Source of the DNA: an uncultured Clostridia bacterium
Lineage (GTDB): Bacteria > Bacillota > Clostridia > UMGS1883
DNA: 60,096 nucleotides
Direction: 5' to 3'
Assembly: GCA_947630975.1 (NCBI GenBank)
Contig: CANRJP010000004.1
Location: 1-60,096, forward strand
The notes beneath the pieces are model-generated. The model was not told the origin of the DNA, did not search any database, and saw only the letters and a list, made by a program, of their open reading frames with translations. Numbering within the stretch: the first letter of the stretch is position 1; the number at the start of each line of letters is the position of its first letter. Both the position numbers and the translations under genes were made by a program. Of this stretch, positions 17,113 through 27,930 are shown one piece after another.

Positions 17113-20100
17113 TTATACAAGTCCATAGCTATGTAATGCGTTAATAAGGCTATTTAAGCCGCTTGCAACACTTGAAAGGTCTGATGTTGAAGATACAGTT
17201 GATACGTATTTTCTTGCCGATCCTGATGAACCAAAAAAACCTATTTTGTCACTACCTGTACCAACTGTAGTATCCCCTGCCAACTTTAATCCAGTGCGGC
17301 TAAACGAAATTTGAGCAATATAGGATGAATCTCCTATTGTAATATTAGTCCCGCCTATTCTCAGTGTTTCAAAATTCCATTGAGTGCCCAAAGATGATGC
17401 AGTTAAGTTTTTTATTGTAACTTTGTTAGCGTCGATTGTGCCACCGCTTATGCGGTCAGCCGAAAGTGTGCCGGTAGATATGTTTGACGCATTAAGATTT
17501 TTTATTGTAACTTGACTTGCGTCGATTGTTCCAGTTGTAATATTACCGCCGTTAATCGTTGTTGTAGTGCTGACGGTTGATAAATTTTTGAATGTAACAT
17601 AACCATTAAATGTAATGTTTGCGCTGCCTAAATCTATGCCCGCCCCTGTTAATTTGATTGTGGAAGACGTACCGTCAGTATTATTTGTAACAGATAATTT
17701 AATCCCTTTTACCGCATTGGCAGCGATAGTAGATGCACCACTTTCTGATACGCAGTCAATAGTCGTTGATGATGATTTTGTACCGGCTTTCAACGTCAGT
17801 GTAGCCGACGAGCTGCTAGTCGTATGTGACAGCGTTATACCTTCTACTGCGTCCGCTACAATATCGGCGACTTGTGCTTTTGTTGTGCCTGTAATAGATA
17901 CAGTGCTTATGGTAGTACGTCCGGACGTTAGCGTTATTTTAGACGTAGTTTCATCTGATAGAGTTGAGCTTGTGACCGAAAGTTCCAGGCCGTCTGAAAA
18001 TCCTTCGATGGCGCTTGTGATTTGTTTTCCGGTTTCTGTTGTAGTGGAATAATCGGACAAGTCAAGTCGCGCGGCTTTGATCATACCGGTCGTGATGTTG
18101 TCGCCACTGATAGTAGTAGAACCTCCGGTTTCCAAATCAGTAAACGTGACAAAGCCTTCAAAACTTATAGTCCCGCTGGATAATTTTGTGGCACCTGCTT
18201 TTAGTGTTAACGTACTGGAAGTGTCGTTATTTGATACTTCCAGTGTAATGCCGTTTACGGCATCAGCGGCAATAGAGGCGGCCTGAGTTGCTGTTGTGCC
18301 CTTAATGGACGTGCTCGTGATAGAGACTGCACCGCTGTACATAGTAATTGTTGACGTAGTTTCATTACCATTTACTGACGAGCTGACACGAAATTCCAGG
18401 CCGTCCATCGTATCGCTGATGGTTTTTGTAACATACGTTTCTGTCTCATCAGTTGTGCTGTAGCTGGACAAGTCCAGAAAACTTGTACTGATTTGGCCGG
18501 AAGTAATAGACGCGGCACTCAAATTAATGATATTTACGTCATTTGCGTCTATAGTACCTGTTGTAATATTACTGCCATTAATAGTAGTAGTACCGGCCCC
18601 CTCTAAATCGGTAAATGTAACAAAACCGTTAAACGATATGGAACCGCTTGACAGTATAATTCCGTCCAAAGTTAACTCAATGGTGCTTGACGTATCACCG
18701 TCTGTTACAGACAACGCTAATCCATCTGAAAATCCTTCGATGGCGCTTGTGATTTGTTTTCCGGTTTCTGTTGTAGTGGAATAATCGGACAAGTCAAGTC
18801 GTGCGGCTTTGATCGTACCGGTCGTGATGTTGTCACCGTTTATAACGGTAGAACCTCCGGTTTCCAAATCAGTAAACGTAACAACACCGTTTATTGTGAC
18901 GTCAGCGGTAATCACGTATTTACCTTGTTTAGTGTCAAAGTAAATACGGTCTATCATGTTACCTTTACCGTCATCGGATTGCATGGAGAAAACAGATGCG
19001 TTTGCGGTTAAACGGGCTTTTACGTTGTCGCCAACTAAAAGTTCACTAACAAAACCTTCAGAACGGGTAATACGGTTGCCAAAGTATGTCTGATCTGTAC
19101 GCACTGTACGAGAAACGGCTAAATCCTGCATTGTATAATACGGGTATTCGTCCTCTGTTTCGTCTTCGGCGTCTGCAATAAGTGTACACGTACCGGCAAC
19201 TGTACAACCCATTTTTATAGAATACACTACCACGTTATATGTTTTACCGTTACGATCCTGAACCATAACGGTGTCTCCTAATTCTGTCAGGGGATCAAGA
19301 TAGGCCCCGGACAGCTCATACGGTAAATATGTTGCGCCGTATAACGTAGAATTATTGTTAAAATATAATAGTCCTTTTGACGCGCTTCCAGTACTTAAAC
19401 GTAAACAGTCTTTGTTGATGCTGCCACTCGGTACGCGTAACCGGTCTTTATTGACATATATAGTTGGCACAGAGCATATTTTTTCCACCATCGCCTGTGT
19501 AGCATAATCACACATAACTCCGAGGGTTAAGCCTGTATCATCACCGGATGTAAATTCATTTTTTGCTGTATCTGTTAATACAACACGTGTGAACATTTGA
19601 GCGGGACCCGTCAAAGAAAAGCCGCTGTGTGTACGTGATAGATTTTGGCCGGTGGAAATAGCGGGGGAGATAAACGGTATTAAACGCAACGCCCCGTTTT
19701 CTGTTATGATCCAGTTGCCGCCATGTGCAGCCGCAATCATGCCTAATACTTCAGACATCAGCACATCATCGTTCGGATAGCTTACGACATAATCTTTACC
19801 GGTATTTATAACTGTTCGGCTATCCACGCTAACGCCCATGATTTTTGCGATTTCGGTAACAACTGTTTTCATCGGCGCTGGCCATTGCGTTATAGCTGAT
19901 TTATCCCTGTACGTCTGACCGGCCTTGATCATATTGTCACAACAAGTTAATCGTACATGACTATTGCCGCTTCGTGAGGTTATATAATATTTACCCTGCG
20001 GTACCCACGTTGTAACAGTTTTACCGTCTATGGAACATAACCGGCAAAAGGCGTTTACCGTAGCGGCCTTCGGTATTACAGACGTTCCGGGCGATACCGT

Positions 20101-20280
20101 AACGTCTAATGAACCTGTACAGCATCTTCCTATTGCCGGTTTATCTAACAGTGGTTTTGTAATTTCCGGTGTTCCATGAACATTTTTGCCGTCATAATTG
20201 ACCCCGTTAATCACAAAACGGTATTCAGTTTTATGAGGGGCAACAAACAGTGACCCCCAATTTGCGGGCCGTGTTTGCAT
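17113..20280 (-). CDS. Tail tip/baseplate hub protein with Thr/Ser-rich repeats
   Basis: 1055 aa, follows the Dit-like gene; repeated GFVTFTDL...INGxNITTGTI motifs. Confidence 0.85.
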   Translation of the reverse strand: MQTRPANWGSLFVAPHKTEYRFVINGVNYDGKNVHGTPEITKPLLDKPAIGRCCTGSLDVTVSPGTSVIPKAATVNAFCRLCSIDGKTVTTWVPQGKYYITSRSGNSHVRLTCCDNMIKAGQTYRDKSAITQWPAPMKTVVTEIAKIMGVSVDSRTVINTGKDYVVSYPNDDVLMSEVLGMIAAAHGGNWIITENGALRLIPFISPAISTGQNLSRTHSGFSLTGPAQMFTRVVLTDTAKNEFTSGDDTGLTLGVMCDYATQAMVEKICSVPTIYVNKDRLRVPSGSINKDCLRLSTGSASKGLLYFNNNSTLYGATYLPYELSGAYLDPLTELGDTVMVQDRNGKTYNVVVYSIKMGCTVAGTCTLIADAEDETEDEYPYYTMQDLAVSRTVRTDQTYFGNRITRSEGFVSELLVGDNVKARLTANASVFSMQSDDGKGNMIDRIYFDTKQGKYVITADVTINGVVTFTDLETGGSTVINGDNITTGTIKAARLDLSDYSTTTETGKQITSAIEGFSDGLALSVTDGDTSSTIELTLDGIILSSGSISFNGFVTFTDLEGAGTTTINGSNITTGTIDANDVNIINLSAASITSGQISTSFLDLSSYSTTDETETYVTKTISDTMDGLEFRVSSSVNGNETTSTITMYSGAVSITSTSIKGTTATQAASIAADAVNGITLEVSNNDTSSTLTLKAGATKLSSGTISFEGFVTFTDLETGGSTTISGDNITTGMIKAARLDLSDYSTTTETGKQITSAIEGFSDGLELSVTSSTLSDETTSKITLTSGRTTISTVSITGTTKAQVADIVADAVEGITLSHTTSSSSATLTLKAGTKSSSTTIDCVSESGASTIAANAVKGIKLSVTNNTDGTSSTIKLTGAGIDLGSANITFNGYVTFKNLSTVSTTTTINGGNITTGTIDASQVTIKNLNASNISTGTLSADRISGGTIDANKVTIKNLTASSLGTQWNFETLRIGGTNITIGDSSYIAQISFSRTGLKLAGDTTVGTGSDKIGFFGSSGSARKYVSTVSSTSDLSSVASGLNSLINALHSYGLV
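17993..18875. repeat. Intragenic ~150-bp direct repeat (17993-18143 and 18725-18875)
   Basis: Near-identical DNA at a 732-bp (244-codon) offset. Confidence 0.85.
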
Positions 20281-20684
20281 TACACAGTTGCCTCCTTTAC
20301 ACTTATGAGGGTAAAGTTTATATCGTCTATAACAATACCGTCTTCCCGAAACTGCTCTTGCGCGGCAGTTATAGACGTGTTATAAAACAATCGAGTGCAA
20401 AGACCGTCCTTTAAATCTGCGTAAGTTACACGAACGCCGTCATCTCCGCCTTCAAGGTCTTTTTCAAGTTGCATAGCAACGTCAAAAGGCATAGGTCCGA
20501 GTTTTAATGTCAGTTTACGCTGGTGTGAGCGGACATTTGTGTGCATGGTGTCGTCTTCATCACGTCCAGCGTCACTATCACTTGTATTTTCACGCGCCCA
20601 ACCGAAACCTGTTTTTTGCTTCACGTATTGTGTATAATCGTGTCCGTTAATCTGAAATGTGCCTTGTACTGCCATATTATACAC
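20280..20684 (-). CDS. Distal tail protein-like
   Basis: Follows the tape measure gene; DAGRDEDDTMH motif. Confidence 0.75.
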   Translation of the reverse strand: MYNMAVQGTFQINGHDYTQYVKQKTGFGWARENTSDSDAGRDEDDTMHTNVRSHQRKLTLKLGPMPFDVAMQLEKDLEGGDDGVRVTYADLKDGLCTRLFYNTSITAAQEQFREDGIVIDDINFTLISVKEATV

Positions 20685-23600
20685 CTCCGTAATTTCGACC
20701 GTTCAATCTGTACAGTGACGTCAGTGCCCGCATAAGGCTGTCACCGTCAACGGTCAAATGCAATCTTGAAAGCAAATCAAATATTTGCTGTAAAATATAA
20801 TTTTGAGCCGATAAAACTTCGTCCAAATCAGATGACATGGCGAGAACATTTGTAGCACCCGTCCCACTATCACTGATACGTGTTTTATACGGTATTTCTG
20901 CGCCGGTTATAATAGCCGGGATTTGTATGTCCGGTAAATTTGCCGTTATGCCGCCAATACTATGAAAGATACTTGCAATGTCCGAAAGTTTATCCGCAAT
21001 AGTAGACAAACCAAGCAGCAATTTATCTGACGTAGTATCTATTTGCAGTGTAGCCTTATTTTCCGTTAATTGATCAGTAGCGTCGTGTGCCAATTTGGAA
21101 ACTGTATTTAACACGGTCTGTCGTTTGGCATTAATGCCCTGCATAAGGCCCGCGTCCAGATATTCGCCAATTTGCGCCCACACCTTTGACGGAGAATGTA
21201 TAGAAAAAGCACTACGTAAGGTAGAAGTAAGGCCGGAAGCAAGTCCGCTGACAAAGCTTGTTAAGCCGCTCCACGCATTTGAAATACCGGCGCGTAATCC
21301 GGATACCAAATTAGAACCTACTGAGTGCCAATCCGTGGTAGAAAGCGTAGTTTTAAGCCCGCTCCACAGTCGTGATACGGTAGATTTTATCGTACTCCAT
21401 TTTTGACTGGCCGTTGAATTGACATTTGTCCAAACATTTGAAATTGTGGTTTTTATATTGTTGCCGGTATTTTGTAAGGACGTTTTTAGCTGCGTGAATT
21501 TATCACCGACAGTCTGCTTAACTTTACCCCAAATATCCGATGATTTTGTTTTAATATTATCCCAGGTGGACGAAAGTTTGGTTTTGATATTGTCTCCGAT
21601 ATTTTGTAAGGATGTTTTTAGCTGCGTGAATTTATCGCTGACAGTATCTTTAATTTTGCCCCAACTTTCCGACGTTTTAGTCTTAATATTGTCCCAAAGA
21701 CCGGATATTTTGTCTTTCAGTTTAGCCCCGGCATCACTGAAGAAATCGGTTATAGAAGACCACAGACCTGAAATACCATTTAATAAACCCTCTATCAAAA
21801 ATCCGCCTAATTCGGCCATAACCGTTGACGGCGAGTTTATACCAAATAGCTTTTTGAAGCCATCAATAAAAGGTTTTGCTATATTATCGTAGAGCCATGA
21901 CCCTATATCCTTAAATATGTCTAAAATGCCTTCCAAAAGGCCCATTATGGTAAATTTGCCGTCCTCATAGGCAACATCACGCCACCAGCCCGTGATGCTG
22001 TCCCATGCTTTTAACAGGACTTCCGCTATGCCGCCTGCAATTAATTCGCAGCAAGCAAAAAACGCATCAATAATTCCCTTGACCAGTGTACCAACTAACC
22101 CAATCCAGTCAATGCCAAGTAAAAAATCTATTATGGAGCGCCCAATTCCGATCCAATCAATTTCTTCAATAGCAGTGATAATAAATTGAAGTACACCGGA
22201 AAATGCATCACTTAATGTTTTGCCGAGAGCGGCCCAATCCGTGTTAGTGAAAATTGCATTGATACTCGCGGCAAGTTTGGCACCGGCACCGGACCAATCT
22301 ACCGTATCAACAAAATTCAGTATTATTGAAACGAGACTGTTTATAGCCGTAGATATGGACTGACCGAGAGCGGTCCAATCGGTATTACCGAAAATGCGAT
22401 TTACACCGTTTCCAAGTGTTGTACCCAGACCGTCCCAATCTACGCCGTCGAAAAAGTGTTGAAGTAGAGTAACGATACCGTTTATGCCATTAGAGATTGT
22501 ATCAGCCAGTTTTTCAAAATTGAAGGTGTTAATTGCGTTTTGGACAAATTCGGCAAAGGAATCGCCTACATTTGCCCAGTCAAGATTTGTTACAAGACCG
22601 TAGATAAAGGACACAAGTGCATTCCAATAATTTGCGAAAGTCTGACCGAGTAAATCCCATTCAATGCGGTCAAAGAGGCCGTTAAAACCATTGGCAACAC
22701 CCGTTCCCAGCGCCTCAAAATCAAATTTTGTCAGGAACGTATTGAATATGTCAGCAATAGCGTTTATGCCATCGCCCAATGTAGCCCCTAAATTTGTCCA
22801 ATTAAATCCATAGACCAAGCCGTTCAATATTTCTGCGAAATTTCCAGCCCACTCAACGCCTTTAGGCCGGAAAGTGCTGTTAATCCAGTTGTCTACGGTA
22901 TCTACAATAGAATTTAAGCCGCTTGCGAGTTTTTCACCAACGCCGAACCAATCTCCGGCGTCTACAAGAGCCTTTAATTCGTCAAGAAATTGTTTTATTG
23001 TATCGGGCAGTACGGAGCTTATAGGAACTTCTTCAAACAGATCAGAGCCGTCCGAACCGGATGCACCCTTGTCTGACGTGGAGCTATTATCACTGCGTCT
23101 GTTTAATTCGTCAAAACCGTAAACCTGTTTGTTGTATTCTTTAGTCGCTTCAGCGGCTTTATCCGTGCTATCCGCCGTTTTATCCAGAGAAGCAGCATAG
23201 GAGGCGGTCTGCTTTTTTGCGACTATCATTGTTGACTTGCCGCTCAACATAGCAATAAAGGCGTTAAAGTACGTAGCAACACGTGACAGCATATCCATAA
23301 GCTGAGTTAAAGCAGGAGCAACGGCATTTATAAGCCCGCTGAGGGATACTGCAAGATTACCGGAAAAGCGTTTTGAGCTGTTCGTAATACTTGACATGGA
23401 CTTGTCAAATTCAGATGAAAATTTTGCCAGCTCGTTTAAACTGTCTTTAACACTGTTTATTATTGCGCTGATAAACATACGTTTAATGCGCGTTTTTAAC
23501 AGTGTTTTTACGCTGGTAAGTGACTTTACAAGTGCATTAGAAGATAAGATGGTCTGCTTTGCCTGTGACGCATAGTTTTTTAGTCCGTTTATTGCATTTT

Positions 23601-24774
23601 TAACACCTTTCGTAAATGTGTTAAACGCTGCTTTTGACAAATGTGCGATAAGTTGAGCGGCCTTTGCCGCGGCCACCTTTGCGGCGGCACCAAATGACGA
23701 TACTGTACGGGCAAGCCTCTCCCAACCGCTGATAGCGCCCTCACCGGGCCCCATATTCCCACCTTTCATGGACATTGACGACGCCACGTTATTTAATTCC
23801 TGCTGGGCAGCTTGCAAGTTTGCCAATGCTGTTTGCCTTTCGCTTTCAGTTTCGGCAAGGTTAACCTTTTCTTGGGCCACTTGAACATTTAACCGCGCCT
23901 GCGCCAACGCCTCTGCGTCAATCAATGCTTTGTTTCGCGCTAACGCAGCTTCGGTATTGTTCAAGGACTGTTCCATTTGGGCGTAAGTCCCTGTATTCGT
24001 ACCTTGGACAAATGCTGTACCGTTATTTTCCATTGCCGCTTGTTGTCTTTCGTAACGGTCAAGCTCGGTTTCAGTGTTTTTTATGTCCAGTGCCAATCGC
24101 TGCCAAGCCTTAGATTTAGACTTGACGCCGAGGTCCTTCATTTCATCGCGTCGGTCATACAGTTTAAAAAGGGACTGTTCTGTTTTTTCTATCTGCTTAG
24201 AAAGCTGTTGATAGTCTTCAGTTGGGATTTTCGTTGCACCAAACTGCGCTAATTTTTCACGAGCAGACGCTAATTTATTTTCTATATCAGATAGTTTTGC
24301 ATCAAAAGTAAGAACCGCTTTGCCGTTAGAAAAACCGGCTTCCGTACTACTTGAAATTGACTGCATTTTTTCTGCTAAAGAATTAACCTCCCGTTCGAGC
24401 TGGGAGGTTGTATTTTTCATGTTTAGCGCGCCGGTAGAAAAATCTGTCGCTGCTTGCTGCTCTTGACCCACAGCCTCCGCCGCTGCTTGTGCTGCCTGAA
24501 CTACCTGCTGTTCGGATGAAGCTATTTCAGTGTTAGCTTCTGCCGCCTGTGTAGCCGCTCCCGTTATCCGCTCAGCGATTAAAGATGTAGAATTAGCTAT
24601 ATTTGTTAGCAGGGGAAGCATTTTTGAAAAAGATTCCATCATGTTGTCGCCCATATTGTCAACGGAAGCCGTCACATCTTTTATGGCTTGCAACATTTTT
24701 TCCGAGCCTTTTTCAAATCCTGTATTATCTAATTCGGTGTCAAAGGTAATGGAACCGTCATTGTTTTCCGCCAT
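20677..24774 (-). CDS. Tape measure protein
   Basis: 1365 aa, helical; periodic Trp repeats; FGINSPS/FSIHSPS motifs. Confidence 0.93.
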   Translation of the reverse strand: MAENNDGSITFDTELDNTGFEKGSEKMLQAIKDVTASVDNMGDNMMESFSKMLPLLTNIANSTSLIAERITGAATQAAEANTEIASSEQQVVQAAQAAAEAVGQEQQAATDFSTGALNMKNTTSQLEREVNSLAEKMQSISSSTEAGFSNGKAVLTFDAKLSDIENKLASAREKLAQFGATKIPTEDYQQLSKQIEKTEQSLFKLYDRRDEMKDLGVKSKSKAWQRLALDIKNTETELDRYERQQAAMENNGTAFVQGTNTGTYAQMEQSLNNTEAALARNKALIDAEALAQARLNVQVAQEKVNLAETESERQTALANLQAAQQELNNVASSMSMKGGNMGPGEGAISGWERLARTVSSFGAAAKVAAAKAAQLIAHLSKAAFNTFTKGVKNAINGLKNYASQAKQTILSSNALVKSLTSVKTLLKTRIKRMFISAIINSVKDSLNELAKFSSEFDKSMSSITNSSKRFSGNLAVSLSGLINAVAPALTQLMDMLSRVATYFNAFIAMLSGKSTMIVAKKQTASYAASLDKTADSTDKAAEATKEYNKQVYGFDELNRRSDNSSTSDKGASGSDGSDLFEEVPISSVLPDTIKQFLDELKALVDAGDWFGVGEKLASGLNSIVDTVDNWINSTFRPKGVEWAGNFAEILNGLVYGFNWTNLGATLGDGINAIADIFNTFLTKFDFEALGTGVANGFNGLFDRIEWDLLGQTFANYWNALVSFIYGLVTNLDWANVGDSFAEFVQNAINTFNFEKLADTISNGINGIVTLLQHFFDGVDWDGLGTTLGNGVNRIFGNTDWTALGQSISTAINSLVSIILNFVDTVDWSGAGAKLAASINAIFTNTDWAALGKTLSDAFSGVLQFIITAIEEIDWIGIGRSIIDFLLGIDWIGLVGTLVKGIIDAFFACCELIAGGIAEVLLKAWDSITGWWRDVAYEDGKFTIMGLLEGILDIFKDIGSWLYDNIAKPFIDGFKKLFGINSPSTVMAELGGFLIEGLLNGISGLWSSITDFFSDAGAKLKDKISGLWDNIKTKTSESWGKIKDTVSDKFTQLKTSLQNIGDNIKTKLSSTWDNIKTKSSDIWGKVKQTVGDKFTQLKTSLQNTGNNIKTTISNVWTNVNSTASQKWSTIKSTVSRLWSGLKTTLSTTDWHSVGSNLVSGLRAGISNAWSGLTSFVSGLASGLTSTLRSAFSIHSPSKVWAQIGEYLDAGLMQGINAKRQTVLNTVSKLAHDATDQLTENKATLQIDTTSDKLLLGLSTIADKLSDIASIFHSIGGITANLPDIQIPAIITGAEIPYKTRISDSGTGATNVLAMSSDLDEVLSAQNYILQQIFDLLSRLHLTVDGDSLMRALTSLYRLNGRNYGGV

Positions 24775-24795
24775 TTTCTACACCTCTGTTTTTTT

Positions 24796-25371
24796 CTACT
24801 TGTTTTTTGTCAAATCATTAAAAATGTCTAAAAGTGCGTCCGAGCTTTGCTCTTTTGATGATTTGTACTCATCAACGTCGCAAAGGGCCTTATTAGCAAG
24901 ATAAAATTCTTTTTCGTATTTTTCCAGTGGCTTATGCTTTGCTCTTTTTTGTCGGATAGAGAGGATAAAACTCCATGTGTCGTCCTTATCGATGCCATGA
25001 AAATATCCCATAAATGTCCACCAATGAACGTATTCCGCTGTCCGTGTCTCAAAACCTGCCACCTTATTAATCGCGGGAAATATGAGTTGTTCATCTTTCA
25101 CCCAATTGACTAATCGAGGTCGCTTTTTAACGTCGTGTTGATGTTCACATTCTATAAATGTTAGCGCCTTATTGAATGCCTCCGTAAAATCAGCGCGCGG
25201 GATGGCCTCCACCTCCACATAAATTTGTTTCATGCAAACATATAATTTATCTTGATCAGTCAATTTTGGCGACTGATAGGCTGCGATTATTCTTAAAATA
25301 TCGCGAAAATCTGTACGAATATCATAAACGCGGCCATTTACTTCAAGCGTTGTTGGTAGCGCCCCCAACAT
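24796..25371 (-). CDS. Gp15-like tail assembly protein
   Basis: IRTDFRDIL...HWWTFMGYF...IRQK. Confidence 0.85.
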   Translation of the reverse strand: MLGALPTTLEVNGRVYDIRTDFRDILRIIAAYQSPKLTDQDKLYVCMKQIYVEVEAIPRADFTEAFNKALTFIECEHQHDVKKRPRLVNWVKDEQLIFPAINKVAGFETRTAEYVHWWTFMGYFHGIDKDDTWSFILSIRQKRAKHKPLEKYEKEFYLANKALCDVDEYKSSKEQSSDALLDIFNDLTKNK

Positions 25372-25924
25372 CGGCAGACGCCTCCTTTGCGGATGAAGGT
25401 ACAGCAGGTGTAGACCGTCGAGCTGCCCTATTATTAGAGGGCGTTAAAAACTCCTCTACGCGCGCCTGAGATAAGGCCGCTTCACGATTTATGGCGTTTG
25501 TTATGTACTCACCAAGTTTGTCAAAAACATTTATACAGAAAAATGTACCATTTACAGAAGAAAACGCCCGCCGTGTCGCAAAAATCTGATCTGCTTCATC
25601 CATATCGAATAACTCATTTATTCGGCGTTTAAGGTCGTTTTCTACGTCAGATAAGAGCTGCCAGTCTTTATCAAATGTCGGTGTGCCGTCCCGTTCAATA
25701 CTGATACGTGCCAATGGCGACAACACCGTTTGCAAATTTTTTATGAAGTCCTCGTATCTGTCTATGATTGACAGGTCTGCCGGACGGAAGTAAATAGTAC
25801 AAATTGTTTTGCCGAATTTATTTTTTATAGGAATTTCCCTTGTACCGTCATCAACAACAATACAAGTGTCGTCAAATTCAGGTGCCACCGTAGAATTTAC
25901 ACGTTTAATTTGTGATTTTGCCAT
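25343..25924 (-). CDS. Tail assembly chaperone
   Basis: Position between the major tail and Gp15-like genes. Confidence 0.7.
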   Translation of the reverse strand: MAKSQIKRVNSTVAPEFDDTCIVVDDGTREIPIKNKFGKTICTIYFRPADLSIIDRYEDFIKNLQTVLSPLARISIERDGTPTFDKDWQLLSDVENDLKRRINELFDMDEADQIFATRRAFSSVNGTFFCINVFDKLGEYITNAINREAALSQARVEEFLTPSNNRAARRSTPAVPSSAKEASADVGGATNNA

Positions 25925-25955
25925 TGATAATTAGCCTCCTACAATATAAAATTTA

Positions 25956-25984
25956 AAGGCCGCTGTAAATGGTGCAGCGGCCTT
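25956..25984 (-). terminator. Hairpin/terminator after the major tail gene
   Basis: aaggccgctg-N9-cagcggcctt. Confidence 0.65.
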
Positions 25985-26001
25985 ATTTGCTTTTTATTTT
26001 A

Positions 26002-26493
26002 TTAACCAGCCGGGGAAACGGTAACTTCACGAGTTGCAATCTGATATGTAACCTGGACATCTGTCATGGGTCCAACAGGATTAACCGTGAACGGAATACC
26101 GACGCCGGAGGTGTCACCACCGGTAGACTGGGGAACGATATATGCAGCCCGTTTCTTTCCGGTTCCGGTCATAGTACCGGCTTTAGCGTCTGCCTGATCG
26201 AAAAATACCTCAATAAAGTAGCCCTTTGTATCCTCGCCGTACTTTTCTTCAAGTGCAATCTCTACCAGTTTTTCATAGAGAACGGATTCACTGTCAGCAT
26301 AATACGGATCAACCGATACAGACGGCTCATAGCCGTTGTGCTTAAATGTAGTTTCTCCAAGCACATTTTTCGACGTTTCGGTATCAGGATTAAGGTCTTT
26401 AGACAGATCGTCATTATCTCGACCCAGAGCCTCATATTCTGTACCGTTAAACGAGGCAAAATACATATTACGGTTTCTGTCAAGTTTTGCCAT
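26002..26493 (-). CDS. Major tail protein
   Basis: LGRDNDDLSKDLNPDTE...IVPQSTGGD; RBS before MAKLDRN. Confidence 0.8.
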   Translation of the reverse strand: MAKLDRNRNMYFASFNGTEYEALGRDNDDLSKDLNPDTETSKNVLGETTFKHNGYEPSVSVDPYYADSESVLYEKLVEIALEEKYGEDTKGYFIEVFFDQADAKAGTMTGTGKKRAAYIVPQSTGGDTSGVGIPFTVNPVGPMTDVQVTYQIATREVTVSPAG

Positions 26494-26643
26494 AATCATG
26501 CTCCTTCCTATAATTTGTACGCCGCCATTAGACAGCGTTATTTTTGTTCGTTTATCAGAAATTAATAGGGCGTCATTAACTATGCTGCCAAAAGAAAGAT
26601 AAAGCCGCCCGTCAACTTTATAAGTCAAAGAACCTCCCTCACT

Positions 26644-27084
26644 TTATACTGAGCGTTTATAGGTCATTCGTAATTGAATTTGGTATTTTGCGGCATCGCT
26701 TCCAATTTCCGCTGGATACGCGGTTAAAGTTGGAACTATAGATTTAACATATCCGGCATTGATAGCGGGAAAATTGCGTTTTGCGTTTTGTTCCAGTATC
26801 CACAAAATAACTTCATCATAAAATCCCATATTAGCAAGATTTTGTTGAATATCAGCACCGTATGATTCTTTCGATGCAAATATGAAATTCAATGTTTGAA
26901 TATCGGCAGGGACTTCCTCGCCCAAAACATTTTCACGATAAGTCATAGTGGACGGAACCGCGTAAATCGCGTATTCCGTGGGGTCTTTGTCTAAGTAATC
27001 TATGCGGAAACGATTACTGTCAAGGATAGCGGGGCAAGTGCGAAACCAATTTCTTAATTGCTCCACGTTATTTAATTCCGGCAA
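26644..27084 (-). CDS. Tail terminator/minor structural protein
   Basis: Position; ends AKYQIQLRMTY. Confidence 0.75.
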   Translation of the reverse strand: MPELNNVEQLRNWFRTCPAILDSNRFRIDYLDKDPTEYAIYAVPSTMTYRENVLGEEVPADIQTLNFIFASKESYGADIQQNLANMGFYDEVILWILEQNAKRNFPAINAGYVKSIVPTLTAYPAEIGSDAAKYQIQLRMTYKRSV

Positions 27085-27526
27085 CAGATTTCGCCTCCCT
27101 TAGAATGTCTGCTGAATGATCCGCTTTCATACGTTCAAACCAAAATGCACCGGCAAGCGGGTTTACATCAGTTTTAAACTGTAAGTCGCGCCCGGTCAGG
27201 TGTTTTGGCCGACCAGGTGGCGAAAAGAATCGAGTGGGAACACCGCTGTTATCCTCAAAAACAGGAATGTTAGGTCCCATAACCTTACCAAAATACAAAT
27301 ACCGCGCATACGGACCAGGATAGATTACTTTACCGCTTCCAATTTGTGTAGCGGCATACGCACTTTTTGCTAATACACCCGTTTCCCAGGGACAGTATTG
27401 AAGACACCATTCAATAACAGACTTGTCTATAGTTTTTTGAACAAGACCGCCTTTTTCGATATTGTGTTTTTTTAATAGTGCAGTAATACCAATCCAGTTG
27501 AAATTTGCTTTGATGATAGTAGCCAT
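27068..27526 (-). CDS. Minor capsid/neck protein
   Basis: YCPWETGVL...PYARYLY...AGAFWFER. Confidence 0.8.
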   Translation of the reverse strand: MATIIKANFNWIGITALLKKHNIEKGGLVQKTIDKSVIEWCLQYCPWETGVLAKSAYAATQIGSGKVIYPGPYARYLYFGKVMGPNIPVFEDNSGVPTRFFSPPGRPKHLTGRDLQFKTDVNPLAGAFWFERMKADHSADILREAKSVAGIK

Positions 27527-27930
27527 TATGTTCCCACCACCTTCCAATGTGGGGATCGTCTGATGCGGCGATTATCGGTTACTCCCAGTATGGTTATTGC
27601 TTCGTATTGTTTGTGCAATTCAGCGGGTTTTACTGAACCGCTGGCAGTACCGCGTACAATTATATCGCCGTTTCGCAGCGTAAAAGACGAAGCAGGATCG
27701 CTCATATCGTAGTCTTGTGGACTGACAAAAGATTTCCCACTAAAATCAGCATTTGTCGGTATACGAATTACGCAGCTATCTGTAGCTTTTAGGCCAGACA
27801 TTATTACAGATGATGCAATCGTGTTGTGCCATGATACACCAGATATAACAGTTGCAGCGTATTCGTCAAAACCTGTATTTTCAGCCATACGGGAATTAAA
27901 CACCGTAATTGTTTCACAGCAGAGCTTCAA
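27526..27930 (-). CDS. Head-tail adaptor/closure protein
   Basis: ITVFN...GVSW...GDIIVRG...HWKVVG; position. Confidence 0.75.
   Translation of the reverse strand: MKLCCETITVFNSRMAENTGFDEYAATVISGVSWHNTIASSVIMSGLKATDSCVIRIPTNADFSGKSFVSPQDYDMSDPASSFTLRNGDIIVRGTASGSVKPAELHKQYEAITILGVTDNRRIRRSPHWKVVGT

Noticed and set aside
21420-21720. Repeats inside the tape measure gene (132-bp offset)
   Set aside because: Ordinary tape-measure periodicity.
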